Below are positions 19,999 through 29,418 of a stretch of DNA of 64,000 nucleotides, one piece after another (within the stretch, counting starts at the first letter, position 1; each line of letters opens with the position of its first letter). The position numbers and the translations under genes were made by a program. Below the pieces are notes generated by a model. The model made no database searches and was not told where the DNA came from. It worked only from the letters and a program-made list of their open reading frames with translations. Source of the stretch: a virus; IMG/VR virus record IMGVR_UViG_3300027896_001999, positions 2,470-66,469 of that record; one strand, given 5' to 3'.

Positions 19999-20615
19999 CC
20001 AACAATCCTTGTAATATATTTACTAAGAATAGAATGTGCTTGCCTGGCCAAGTCATTTCTAATGTCTTGATATTTTCCACGATTACCAAAATTCCTATTG
20101 TACGCATGAACACCAAGAGAACCGCCACCGGTCCTTGCTCCAACGAATCCGAGTATCTGTTCGCAAGCCAAATATATCATAGCCTCTTTGACATCAGCCG
20201 GAGGGGATGCATAACCATATGTATAGGTTATTTTCAGATTTCGTTTTCCTTTTGCAAAGACGGGCAACATATATGTTTCATCATAATTAGCTTTTGATTT
20301 AATGACTCCCTCAGAGTTGATCTGTTCTACTCTGGTCAAGTCTATAAATCCCTGAACATTGCTCCCAAGAACATAGCTTATCGCAGTTATAGCAACTATC
20401 GGTCTGCGATTCAGTATCAATATGTTTGATCCATTCCCACTATAATATTCAGTGACAGAAGCAACTGCATTGAAACTCTGACGAGTGACTCTTTCTACAT
20501 AAGGAACAATGAACCCAGTTATCCGGTCTTCTATCCACTTATCGGAAAGTTTCGCAGAGTCTATTCCATAGCCTTCAAGGAAAGCTCTCACCTCTGTTGG
20601 TGTTGGTAAAGGCAT
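19995..20615 (-). CDS. Head-tail adaptor
   Basis: EYYSG.G..L.L.RRPI, F.KG.RN..ITYTYGY..PP.DVK.A motifs. Confidence 0.8.
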   Translation of the reverse strand: MPLPTPTEVRAFLEGYGIDSAKLSDKWIEDRITGFIVPYVERVTRQSFNAVASVTEYYSGNGSNILILNRRPIVAITAISYVLGSNVQGFIDLTRVEQINSEGVIKSKANYDETYMLPVFAKGKRNLKITYTYGYASPPADVKEAMIYLACEQILGFVGARTGGGSLGVHAYNRNFGNRGKYQDIRNDLARQAHSILSKYITRIVG

Positions 20616-20618
20616 CAG

Positions 20619-20984
20619 TTACTCCTTCATATCATAAACTATAGAATAAGGCACATCTCTCACCGCCGTTTCGTCTACCCCTTCTATATAACGAACCTCA
20701 AGATCATTCGTTATTCCCATGTTCAGATCAATATACAATCCATCAGGGTCTGTCAAAACAACGAATGCATATGATCTAAAAAGTCTATAGTTCGTTCCAT
20801 CAATCTTGTAATACAATCTTACCGTTCCGTTCTGTGTCATGTTCACAAGATCAAGCCAAATACCTGAAATCAGTTTCCGAGTCGTTGTGGCTATTTTGAT
20901 TACAACTTGTTCTCCCCCAGCATCCGTATAAGAATAGATACCGGAAGAATCATTGGAACCGTTTATCTTTTCATGACCACCCAT
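20619..20984 (-). CDS. Virion accessory protein, paralogue A
   Basis: Shares YSYTDAGGEQ, MTQNGTV and YYKIDGTNYR with the next ORF. Confidence 0.7.
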   Translation of the reverse strand: MGGHEKINGSNDSSGIYSYTDAGGEQVVIKIATTTRKLISGIWLDLVNMTQNGTVRLYYKIDGTNYRLFRSYAFVVLTDPDGLYIDLNMGITNDLEVRYIEGVDETAVRDVPYSIVYDMKE

Positions 20985-21382
20985 TACTTAGACTCCTGAA
21001 ATTTATTTTCATATCCAAAATTATAAGGAATAGCACGGACAGCACCTTCATTGCTCTCTTCAGTATACGTCACTTTTAAAGAATGATTAAAAGCAAAGTA
21101 AAGGTCTATATGAACTCCGTCTAAACTCACTCCCTTTGTAAAAGAAATAGATTTAATTTCCCTGTAATTGGTTCCGTCTATCTTATAATAGACCTTTACA
21201 GTTCCATTCTGAGTCATAGTTGTTAAGTCTATGAATATTCCACGTAATATCTTTCCTCTACTCTTAGTACTGACCAACTCGTATACTGTCTGTTCCCCAC
21301 CTGCGTCAGTGTAGGAATAAGAACCTTCTTTAAAAGGAAAACCAACCCATATGAAAGCACCCATTACATTATCTCCTTCCAA
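20984..21382 (-). CDS. Virion accessory protein, paralogue B
   Basis: Tandem paralogue of 20619-20984. Confidence 0.7.
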   Translation of the reverse strand: MEGDNVMGAFIWVGFPFKEGSYSYTDAGGEQTVYELVSTKSRGKILRGIFIDLTTMTQNGTVKVYYKIDGTNYREIKSISFTKGVSLDGVHIDLYFAFNHSLKVTYTEESNEGAVRAIPYNFGYENKFQESK

Positions 21383-21609
21383 AGAATTGATATATCAAGA
21401 CCTTCTCCACCGTAATTGCAAGCACATTTTGCATACACTGGATATCCTCTTTGTATGATCCCAGTATGAATCGGAACAGAACGACCGCCTACGACTGGAC
21501 CATTAAACCAAGACAATGGAATCGCTGTTCTTGTTCTCCCAAGTTCTATTGTGCATAAGGCATCTCCGTATAGCACTATTTCAAATACCAGTCCTTCCCA
21601 AGTTGCCAT
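21364..21609 (-). CDS. Hypothetical late protein
   Basis: TAATG-coupled to the upstream ORF, GGAG RBS. Confidence 0.55.
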   Translation of the reverse strand: MATWEGLVFEIVLYGDALCTIELGRTRTAIPLSWFNGPVVGGRSVPIHTGIIQRGYPVYAKCACNYGGEGLDISILWKEIM

Positions 21610-21833
21610 TACAGTTCTCCTTCGTCAATCCAGGCGGACAGATCACATTCAATAATGACATCCGTCACAATGAAGTTCCTGGAAGCAGTATTTGCATCCA
21701 TAATCTTTACTGCCGATCCAAGAACCCAATCAACTGGATCAGACACCAGTGTCTTGCCATATTCGAGAGAAGGGGCACATTTCCCCGCAGTCAAGTCTGA
21801 TCTTTGATGAACTATCTTTTCGTGTATTCCCAT
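21609..21833 (-). CDS. Hypothetical late protein
   Basis: TAATG-coupled on both sides; starts MGIHEKI. Confidence 0.55.
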   Translation of the reverse strand: MGIHEKIVHQRSDLTAGKCAPSLEYGKTLVSDPVDWVLGSAVKIMDANTASRNFIVTDVIIECDLSAWIDEGEL

Positions 21834-22189
21834 TACTGCGCCCTCACTGTCAACTTAGAAGCACCCGCCCCGACCTGGGTCATTTTCAAAGCAGTTACAG
21901 GATAGAACACTCCCCCAGTTGCTACAATTACAGCCCCAGCAGCCCACGGAACCCAGGTCACGGTTCCTGCCACAATTGCCTTAACTACAGAAACAGGGTC
22001 TGTCGTAGAATAGATAGTTGCTGTTGCTCCACCTGAAGCTTCCGCTGTGACAGAAATACCTTGAACATCGTCAGGCATAATTATATCTTTTGTAGAACCC
22101 GCAGCAGCCAGTGATCTTGAGATCTCGAATGCGAAACCTTTCTCCCCTCCATCACCAGTTGGGGCAACTTGTAATTCTTCCCAAGCCAT
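21833..22189 (-). CDS. Small beta-rich virion protein
   Basis: AAGGAG RBS; Ala/Gly/Thr-rich. Confidence 0.65.
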   Translation of the reverse strand: MAWEELQVAPTGDGGEKGFAFEISRSLAAAGSTKDIIMPDDVQGISVTAEASGGATATIYSTTDPVSVVKAIVAGTVTWVPWAAGAVIVATGGVFYPVTALKMTQVGAGASKLTVRAQ

Positions 22190-22215
22190 TTTATTTCTCC
22201 TTTAATTTATTTTAG

Positions 22216-22249
22216 AAAGAAGAAGAACCGCGTGAGCCGGCTCTTCCTC
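22216..22249 (-). terminator. Intrinsic terminator after the capsid-associated genes
   Basis: GAAGAGCCG-GCTCACG-CGGTTCTTC followed by a T-rich run on the minus strand. Confidence 0.6.
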
Positions 22250-22282
22250 AAACTGAATTAAATTAGTGTTTACAATTTACAA

Positions 22283-23290
22283 TTATCCCTGAACCACCCC
22301 AAGACCAGCGGAATCATCACCAAGATAGCTATTGGTGATAAGAACATTGTTGGAGGATCCAGACCATGCACTTACTCCCGCAGCTCTACATTGATCAAGA
22401 ATAATTTTCCCCACTGTGGGTGCTGTCAGTAGCACAGACACTCCTGTAGACAATGCCAAAAAAGAGCATTCTTTGAAATGAACATAACCAGGAGGATTGC
22501 CACCACCTATGTCTACCGCTGCCTTTATTGCAACAAGTCCAGCTTTATCGGTATTGACTATAAGAGTACATCTGTCAAACAAGGTTCCTGCATTGACTCC
22601 CTTAAAATCGATTAATGCCCCAGTTGATGCTGAAGGAGCAGCTGTCCAGTCTCCAAACGTACATTCAATGAATTTATTTGATCTTGCTCCGATAGGAGTT
22701 GATGCTGTGCCTCCTAAGACAAGAACTCTGTATGCTTGAGCTCCTTCTGTAGCATTAAGAGGAGAATCAAAATGGCAATTTATGAACGTATTGTAATTTG
22801 CCGTTTCATCAACCCATAAACAATTGATGTTCGTTGAACTGCCTCTTCCTTGCTGCCAATGAATATTTTTAAAGAGGCAACCATTTGCCTTGACGGTGAA
22901 TAAAGTAGTGAAATTGGCGTTATGACCAATTCTTGCACGACCATAAGCACCCCCCGCACAGAGACCAACAAGGTGAGTATAAGACTTCTCCCATGAAAAT
23001 GTCACTGCCAGATTTAATGCTGATGCTCCCCCCACTATATAAAGAGTTTCGTTCTTATTTGCTGTAAGAAGAGCATAACCCACTGGAAAAGATTTAACTG
23101 CTGTGGCATAACTGAGCCCATCATTGGAATCATTTCCGTTGACAGGATCTATATAAAACTTTTTTCCGATTGGCGTAAGACCAAAAAGAGCCTGTTGCAA
23201 TTTGCTGCCCACTCTTATGTTTTGATTTCCAGGCATCAAATTATTAAAGACATCAGCCTCCGCATCGGATAAGAACATATTATTATCCAT
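22283..23290 (-). CDS. Beta-helix (pectin-lyase-like) virion protein, possible head fibre/decoration
   Basis: FYIDPVNGNDSNDGLS...K motif and repeated F.NC.F units. Confidence 0.7.
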   Translation of the reverse strand: MDNNMFLSDAEADVFNNLMPGNQNIRVGSKLQQALFGLTPIGKKFYIDPVNGNDSNDGLSYATAVKSFPVGYALLTANKNETLYIVGGASALNLAVTFSWEKSYTHLVGLCAGGAYGRARIGHNANFTTLFTVKANGCLFKNIHWQQGRGSSTNINCLWVDETANYNTFINCHFDSPLNATEGAQAYRVLVLGGTASTPIGARSNKFIECTFGDWTAAPSASTGALIDFKGVNAGTLFDRCTLIVNTDKAGLVAIKAAVDIGGGNPPGYVHFKECSFLALSTGVSVLLTAPTVGKIILDQCRAAGVSAWSGSSNNVLITNSYLGDDSAGLGVVQG

Positions 23291-23304
23291 GTGTCTTCTC
23301 CCTA

Positions 23305-23631
23305 TTATAAGTCTTTGCGAAGCATGAGAAGGAACCCTTGTGCTACAAGTTTATCCTTCACTTCATCGCTGTCTGTTATTACTCTTCCCCCGACAATCGG
23401 AAGTTCTACTTTCTTCTTACCAAGTTCTACAATAAACATTCCCTTGTTACTGAAGCATCTATCCGTGTCGGGATGGAGCAATCTATATTCAAACCTCGGA
23501 ACAGCAACCTTTTCCATTGGTTTAATAATGATTTCCGGTTCGCTGTTCTTCGGTTTGACGGTCTCAAGTTTATTTTTCTTCTTAGAGACCTTGGAGTCTT
23601 GCGACTCCTTGTACGTCATTACTTTACGCAT
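23305..23631 (-). CDS. Small basic protein after the major capsid gene
   Basis: Starts immediately after the MCP stop. Confidence 0.65.
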   Translation of the reverse strand: MRKVMTYKESQDSKVSKKKNKLETVKPKNSEPEIIIKPMEKVAVPRFEYRLLHPDTDRCFSNKGMFIVELGKKKVELPIVGGRVITDSDEVKDKLVAQGFLLMLRKDL

Positions 23632-25080
23632 TTATACGACCCTGAGACCCCTGACCATCGCGCAAGTGGCTTCGAATGAATCCGCCAGAGCTCCGTATGT
23701 CTTGATAAGGAACGGTAAGAAGTCATCAGTCCTTGCAAGGTCTTCAATTGTAACAAGACCATTGAACTGTGAACCGCCTTCGTTCGTATAAGGCATACGA
23801 CCAATTCCCTGGAACTCGTCTAAGTCCCAAAGAACGACCACTTCCGGGGGTATTAGAGCTGTCAAATTCAGAGGAATGTCCAGCCTCATTCCGACGGGAA
23901 CTTCTGCACCCACAGTGGCCGGAGTTGTCTGAAACCTCATAGACGTAACGTTTCCATTGGCGTCTGAAGTCCATCTCTTGTCGGCTGCTGCCGATATGTC
24001 GGTGTCTGAAACTGTCTTTGTTCCGTTTGCATCGTATGTGAACCCCGGAATTATGTGCCTCAGATATACTGTGCCGGCAACTGTTCCGACATATATCTTA
24101 TAGCGATAACACTGAGTGTTCGCCGCCCATGTGAGGGTGATGTAATTATCGTTACCACCACCACCAGCGGTCGTGACAGTCACTTCGGCGCAAGCAATTT
24201 CTTCACCGTTTTTTGTGATTCCGGCAACCTGGAAAAAGAAAGGAAGATTATCTGCGATAGCACCGGTTCCGATAACTGCCGCCGGAGTTACCACAGGCAT
24301 CGTGGTCTTAGGTCTGCAACCACTGGAGACTATGATCGGAACATCCCGATAAGCATTTAATCTCCATCCACCCGGGATATCAACCTGTGAGAAAGATCCG
24401 CTCAGACCCTGATTCAACCTGACGTTGGTTAGGAGTTGCGAAAACTTTGATAACATCTGAGGGGACATAACGAATGCTTTTTTATGAGCCATCCCCTGAA
24501 GTTCAAAGTTCGCATCAATCAGGTCATCAAGCTCTTTCAGATTGGTAGGAACGACCCCACCTGAAGTTTTATTGAATCTGTTGGTGGCGATGAAAGTGTC
24601 CAGACCGCTGTATTCCCACGGATTCGCTACTGCGTTTCCATACATATTGTAATTACAGAGGTCATGAACATGCGAAATGAGTTCCGACTCAATGTTTGTC
24701 GCGGCGGAATCCACATTCTTTTTGCTGGCATTCTGTAAGAAGTTGGTTGTTGCTCCCTTCCTTCTTACGACTTTCAGAGCAACATTCGCTCTTGTGAAAG
24801 TCGGCTGAGTTACTGGCGTTACTGCACTTTCGCCCATCGCTCCACCGATCCCGCCGAGTGCCGTTAATCGGTTAAACTCATGAGTTGACTGATTGTCAAA
24901 CTGAGGTGTGACCATCGCTAATTCCGGGGAAATCCTCGGTAAAGCGTTGGTTATGATTGCTTCCAAGTGCTGTGGGATAAGAGCTCCGCCGGAGTTCGCT
25001 GCTCCAGTCAAGGCTTTCGCCAACTGGCTCTTATTCTCACCAGCCCAACGATTAAATTGCTGAATTATCTCGTTGTTCAT
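23632..25080 (-). CDS. Major capsid protein
   Basis: GGALIPQHLE N-arm, YGN....EYSGL, FVMSP; follows protease and scaffold; strong RBS; inserted beta-sandwich. Confidence 0.9.
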   Translation of the reverse strand: MNNEIIQQFNRWAGENKSQLAKALTGAANSGGALIPQHLEAIITNALPRISPELAMVTPQFDNQSTHEFNRLTALGGIGGAMGESAVTPVTQPTFTRANVALKVVRRKGATTNFLQNASKKNVDSAATNIESELISHVHDLCNYNMYGNAVANPWEYSGLDTFIATNRFNKTSGGVVPTNLKELDDLIDANFELQGMAHKKAFVMSPQMLSKFSQLLTNVRLNQGLSGSFSQVDIPGGWRLNAYRDVPIIVSSGCRPKTTMPVVTPAAVIGTGAIADNLPFFFQVAGITKNGEEIACAEVTVTTAGGGGNDNYITLTWAANTQCYRYKIYVGTVAGTVYLRHIIPGFTYDANGTKTVSDTDISAAADKRWTSDANGNVTSMRFQTTPATVGAEVPVGMRLDIPLNLTALIPPEVVVLWDLDEFQGIGRMPYTNEGGSQFNGLVTIEDLARTDDFLPFLIKTYGALADSFEATCAMVRGLRVV

Positions 25081-25141
25081 ATTTTAGATTCTCCTTTAAT
25101 GTGATTTTACTTATTTAGAAAGAACTCCGATTGAACCCTTT

Positions 25142-25975
25142 CTACTTCTTTAACGTATTTTTTGCGTTGATAGCGAATATGGACGCAAGGCCAAGGCCAT
25201 TGTTGTCTGTCAAGGATTTTCTTAATGAATTGTTCCCATTGTCGGGAGCAGCCACATCGGAATTCCCTCTAACACCAAGAGCGGTCTTAAGAAAGTCAAG
25301 GGTCTTTTGAAGATCCTGTGAATCGTTAGGAACCTTGCGAGCTTCCATGGACTTCTTTAATTCTGTCTCTTGAATCTTCACCTGTTCCGCAATACCCATT
25401 CCTTCAAGTATATTGGAAAGAGCTTTTTTGATTTCATGATTTTCCGCTCTTACAGATTCAAGGGATTTCCTTAGCTTAAGATTTCCTTTTGACGTTTTCT
25501 GTACTGTTCTTTTTGAGGACTTTCCGCCCATCAGGCTCTTTACAATAGCTTTCGCCACTGCATCGATGTTCTTGTCATTGATATCACCGAGATCATTAAC
25601 GACCTCTTCAGCATCATCTGATGCATTGGTGCCTTCATCTGACTTATCAACATCTTCGTCCTCATCTTCGTCATCGGACTTTCCGAGTTCGTCATCATCT
25701 TCGTCCTCATCTTCGTCCTCTGCTTTTTTCAAGTCTTCGTCTTCATCTTCGTCCTTTGCTTTTTTCAAGTCTTCGTCTTCATCTTCGTCCTTTGCAGGAC
25801 CATCGGACTTCTGTAGCCATTTAAGAACAGATTTCGCCACTTCAGGACTCATCTCAGCTTCCCCAGGTTTTTTCCCGGGTTCAAGAGGCTCATTACCGGT
25901 CATCATCTTGGCTTCTTCTACAAGAGAGCCGATATTTGAAAGAACGGTATTCAATTCTGGTTTTTCCATAAACAT
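25142..25975 (-). CDS. Scaffolding protein with acidic tandem repeats
   Basis: Between protease and MCP; (K/E)DEDEDEDLKKA repeats; many K-[S/A] motifs. Confidence 0.75.
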   Translation of the reverse strand: MFMEKPELNTVLSNIGSLVEEAKMMTGNEPLEPGKKPGEAEMSPEVAKSVLKWLQKSDGPAKDEDEDEDLKKAKDEDEDEDLKKAEDEDEDEDDDELGKSDDEDEDEDVDKSDEGTNASDDAEEVVNDLGDINDKNIDAVAKAIVKSLMGGKSSKRTVQKTSKGNLKLRKSLESVRAENHEIKKALSNILEGMGIAEQVKIQETELKKSMEARKVPNDSQDLQKTLDFLKTALGVRGNSDVAAPDNGNNSLRKSLTDNNGLGLASIFAINAKNTLKK

Positions 25976-25980
25976 TCTCC

Positions 25981-26892
25981 TTAATTTAAAGATTTGATCA
26001 GAGTATCTATCTCTGATATTAAAGATTTGATTACAACGATCTTGTTGTTCGGATTATGAACTTTCTCTTCTTGAGACTTCTTGTAATCAAATATACTTTC
26101 GGAACCAACAATAAGATCCGTCATCACGGATCCGTACTCGCTAAACAATCTCCCAAGAGCTTCTCTCTTGTCTCTGAGGCTCTTGTTCACCATAATGCTT
26201 TCTATCATATCTTCGAACTTATCTTGGTACTGATATCTCTTTTTATAATAAGTGCCTTGAATATTGTCAGCTTCCAATGAAGCCTTGAACGTGTTAATTT
26301 CTTTGTCCAAAAGATAAGGGGAATTCTCTCCCAGTGCCTTGAAAACGGCATGAGCCACGGATGTCTTATAGGCTGGCCTCGGAACAACCACAGCTCCGTC
26401 TAAAGCTACATCGTCGATCACTCTTCGTCCGTCGCTTGCCATTGAAAGAATACCGTTTGGTGGAATGTACCCTTCTACTGAAAACCCCTTCTGTTTGGGA
26501 ACTGCATAAGGCGGGAGTCCAAGCATCTGTTTCCACATCTTATCACACCTTTCTAAAGTGTTTGCCCCAACATCATCCGATTCATCGTACAATCTCCACT
26601 CCGCGTACCAGTCATTTTCAGGGGTGATCGCTGATGAAGTCAGTATACCTATGTCATCCGTGAATCGGATTCCATGCTTATCCGCGTAAAGAAGAAGACA
26701 ACCTTTATTGGCTTGTTCATGAAAGGACTTTATGCACTTTTCTGTAATCCTTTCGCCCTGTCCGTCGGTCTTCGTTCCAGATACGATACCTTTCAAGTAT
26801 CTTCTCTTCCGTCCTCCTTCGTCTTTTTCAACATAATGCCCTTTGTTGTCAAAGTCAAACGGCTGATACTGGAACTCTATTCTTTCTTCCAT
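25981..26892 (-). CDS. Prohead protease
   Basis: R.LKGI.S..TDGQGERI, His in DKHG, GFSVEG serine motif, VV.RPA. Confidence 0.88.
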   Translation of the reverse strand: MEERIEFQYQPFDFDNKGHYVEKDEGGRKRRYLKGIVSGTKTDGQGERITEKCIKSFHEQANKGCLLLYADKHGIRFTDDIGILTSSAITPENDWYAEWRLYDESDDVGANTLERCDKMWKQMLGLPPYAVPKQKGFSVEGYIPPNGILSMASDGRRVIDDVALDGAVVVPRPAYKTSVAHAVFKALGENSPYLLDKEINTFKASLEADNIQGTYYKKRYQYQDKFEDMIESIMVNKSLRDKREALGRLFSEYGSVMTDLIVGSESIFDYKKSQEEKVHNPNNKIVVIKSLISEIDTLIKSLN

Positions 26893-26934
26893 CGTCTTTC
26901 CTCACTCTTGTATTGTTAAGACCAATTGAGGTCT
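26890..26934. repeat. 45-bp direct repeat R1, copy 1 (includes RBS and ATG of the protease)
   Basis: Identical to 29367-29411. Confidence 0.95.
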
Positions 26935-27127
26935 CTATTTACTGATTTCGGAGTTTCTTTCTTCCCACCAGCTCCGCCCTTATCAGAGACCCACTTGCCT
27001 CCGGAATACGTGAAAGGTTTTCCGAAGATCATTTTCTTTTGACCTTCGTTTGCCTTCATGATGCAATTTACAAACTCCTCGCGATTGCTTTCCGAAGTCT
27101 GGACTTCACAGACTTTTGCACTTTCAT
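26916..27127 (-). pseudogene. Shared-leader cassette, frameshifted, almost no cargo
   Basis: MKVQKSVKSRLRKAIA / 1-bp deletion at ~27078 (ATG to AG) / EFVNCIMKANEGQKKMIFGKPFTYSGGKWVSDKGGAGG...NWS*; near copy of the start of 27896-28345. Confidence 0.8.
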
Positions 27128-27157
27128 TTCACGCCCTCTTTATAAGATATTGAACTT
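27121..27157. repeat. 37-bp direct repeat R2, copy 1 (3' end of MuF-like gene plus leader start)
   Basis: Matches 28339-28375 with one mismatch. Confidence 0.9.
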
Positions 27158-27896
27158 CACAATTACAGTTTATCTTTTCCCCAATAGGGAGACCCGTCCA
27201 ATGAGGATGTGGAGTCTTATACACTTTCTTATCTTTCGAATTCAGTATGAACATGTCTTGAAACATGATCGGGTCTCTTTTCGCTATGTCTCTATGATGT
27301 TCACGTGGAACCTTAGAAAGTCTTGCATTATGAATCCACCGTTTCATGACAGCGGAATCTTTATTTTGCTTTATAAACTCCCTGAAATAGTCGTGCTTAG
27401 ACTCATTTGAGGCAGTTCGTAAAGCTGTCGTTGCTATGCCTTTACAGTTCTTCGGAACTCCGAATACCTTGTCTATCTTAGTGTAATTCTTAAAGATCCG
27501 TTTCGTTTCGTCCTGAAACTGCTTTATCGTATTTTTCTTCGTCGTACCGGCTCTCACTCCGGTTCGTACGTCTACCTTAGAATCATTAAGTATTCCGGTT
27601 AATCTACTGTTCAGTATCCGTTTCAGTTCGTCTGTTATGGAATTCCCAGTTTCTGTGCTCTTTATTCTATTGAACTGATGTGTTGGCTTGATCACCCTGA
27701 TCTCAGGCAAATTCATCCTTTTTGAAGTGTCACTTATCCTTGCATTTTGAGCGGAAAAGAAATCATCGAACATCCTTAAAGTCAGGTCTTGAATCTTCTC
27801 TGTATTATACTGTAGAACCCGCTGTATGATCCCACGATACGAGCCGGTCGTGAAATCATAACGCATGGATAATCTTTTCTTATGTATCTTTCCCAT
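27129..27896 (-). CDS. MuF/SPP1 gp7-like minor head protein
   Basis: IATT..R.A.N, KRWIH, PREHH, PHP and INCNC motifs; between portal and protease. Confidence 0.78.
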   Translation of the reverse strand: MGKIHKKRLSMRYDFTTGSYRGIIQRVLQYNTEKIQDLTLRMFDDFFSAQNARISDTSKRMNLPEIRVIKPTHQFNRIKSTETGNSITDELKRILNSRLTGILNDSKVDVRTGVRAGTTKKNTIKQFQDETKRIFKNYTKIDKVFGVPKNCKGIATTALRTASNESKHDYFREFIKQNKDSAVMKRWIHNARLSKVPREHHRDIAKRDPIMFQDMFILNSKDKKVYKTPHPHWTGLPIGEKINCNCEVQYLIKRA

Positions 27897-28345
27897 CAGC
27901 TACTAATATCAAAGTCTGGATTTTGGTAAGCATTCATTTCAGCTTTCATTTGCATAATTTGATCTTTCACTTCAGAGTGAACATCCTTTAGTCTTTTCTT
28001 ATCTTTTGGTGTCAAAGATTTATCGTTCTGCAGTACGTGAGATAATTTTTTATGGTATCTCTTTAAGTCATCTCCATCCATCCGATAAACATCGTCAACT
28101 TTCAAATCTCTTACCTTTGGTTCATTGGCTTCATTTATACTTCGTCCAGAATCTTCTGTTTCTTGGGAAACATCTTTCTTCCTACCAGCTCCGCCCTTAT
28201 CAGAGACCCACTTTCCTCCGGAATACGTGAAAGGTTTTCCGAAGATCATTTTCTTTTGACCTTCATTTGCCTTTGTGATATAGCTCACCAACTCCATCGC
28301 TACTGCCTTTCGGAGTCTGGACTTCAGGTTCTTTTGTACTTTCAT
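27896..28345 (-). CDS. Shared-leader protein with short helical cargo
   Basis: Intact leader followed by ~90 unrelated residues. Confidence 0.8.
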   Translation of the reverse strand: MKVQKNLKSRLRKAVAMELVSYITKANEGQKKMIFGKPFTYSGGKWVSDKGGAGRKKDVSQETEDSGRSINEANEPKVRDLKVDDVYRMDGDDLKRYHKKLSHVLQNDKSLTPKDKKRLKDVHSEVKDQIMQMKAEMNAYQNPDFDISS

Positions 28346-28375
28346 TTCACACCCTCTTTATAAGATATTGAACTT
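28339..28375. repeat. Direct repeat R2, copy 2
   Basis: Orphan copy of the MuF-like 3' end in front of the 28345 leader gene. Confidence 0.9.
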
Positions 28376-28391
28376 TCGCACTATTTGATAT

Positions 28392-29369
28392 TTACTCTAT
28401 ATCCATCTTCTGGCTCTTCGGCTTGCTTATTTCTTCATTACGTTTACTCAAGTACTCATCTTCAAGATAATTCGACAAAGATTGAAATTCCTTACTCTCA
28501 TCATTATCAAGGCTCTTGTACCCACTCCGTTTAACGGTCGCCCATGCTTGCTTGGAACAAACTTCCTTATTTCCTCCACCTGAACGACATGATTCATAAA
28601 CGTGTTGAAGTTGTCTTGCTCCTTTCGGCTCCATCCCTTTTCCAGGGGAAAGACCTTCTTTGACTTTCTTACCGCAGCCTTTGTCCACATTTTCAAGACC
28701 TTTGTCTTTGGATTCAAGGTTTTTCTTTCCACAATTCTTTTCTATCTTGCTAACAAAATTGTCGAGTTCTGGGAACATCCCTTTCTCTTTGCCTTCGCTG
28801 TAATACTTTGGATTCTCCGTCAGATGATCATTAACAATCTTCTTTATTAAAACAGGGTCAGCCGTATGTTCCGCTTCAACTATCATTCCCATAGCAACTT
28901 CATCTGAATCATGCGTTCCTTCGTCTCCCTTCGACGTTCCTCCTGCGAGGAAGCTCTTTAAGATTTCATATATCTTATCTTCGACCTGGGAAGGTTCGAT
29001 CCTCAATTTAACGGCCAATCCATGAATGTCGGAGTCCGTTGGGTTCTTAACCAAACGGAACAACTTCAGTATTTCTTTTTCGAGTGAGTCGTCTTTTCGT
29101 TCTTCTTTCTTCAAAAGAAACTGAAGCTGTCCTTTACAGACAACAAGTTTATTTCTCAGTTCCGCCTTCCTTATGTCTTGGTAAGAAACTCCCGACTTAC
29201 GCATCCCATAAGCGATCGCCTCTGAATGTTCTACAATAGGTTTATTGTTCTCATCTTTTAGAACACCATTCTTATAGTCTATCATAGCTTTCGTAAAATA
29301 GTTGGTCATCGTATTTCGTTTCGCTTTACGATTTCGTCTATCCTGAGAGTTCTTAAACTGTTTACTCAT
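28392..29369 (-). CDS. Mosaic head-region protein (DUF6496-like, DUF5661-like and ChaB-like segments)
   Basis: M.DYKNG.L...SEAIAYG; MGM.VEAEH....KIV.DHL.E.P.YYS; A...QHVYES...SKQAWATVK. Confidence 0.6.
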   Translation of the reverse strand: MSKQFKNSQDRRNRKAKRNTMTNYFTKAMIDYKNGVLKDENNKPIVEHSEAIAYGMRKSGVSYQDIRKAELRNKLVVCKGQLQFLLKKEERKDDSLEKEILKLFRLVKNPTDSDIHGLAVKLRIEPSQVEDKIYEILKSFLAGGTSKGDEGTHDSDEVAMGMIVEAEHTADPVLIKKIVNDHLTENPKYYSEGKEKGMFPELDNFVSKIEKNCGKKNLESKDKGLENVDKGCGKKVKEGLSPGKGMEPKGARQLQHVYESCRSGGGNKEVCSKQAWATVKRSGYKSLDNDESKEFQSLSNYLEDEYLSKRNEEISKPKSQKMDIE

Positions 29370-29411
29370 CGTCTTTCCTCACTCTTGTATTGTTAAGACC
29401 AATTGAGGTCT
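29367..29411. repeat. 45-bp direct repeat R1, copy 2 (includes RBS and ATG of 28392-29369)
   Basis: Identical to 26890-26934. Confidence 0.95.
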
Positions 29412-29418
29412 TTATGTT

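Noticed and set aside
25566-25997. Poly-Ser ORF on the plus strand
   Set aside because: Reverse complement of the scaffold's Asp/Glu repeats
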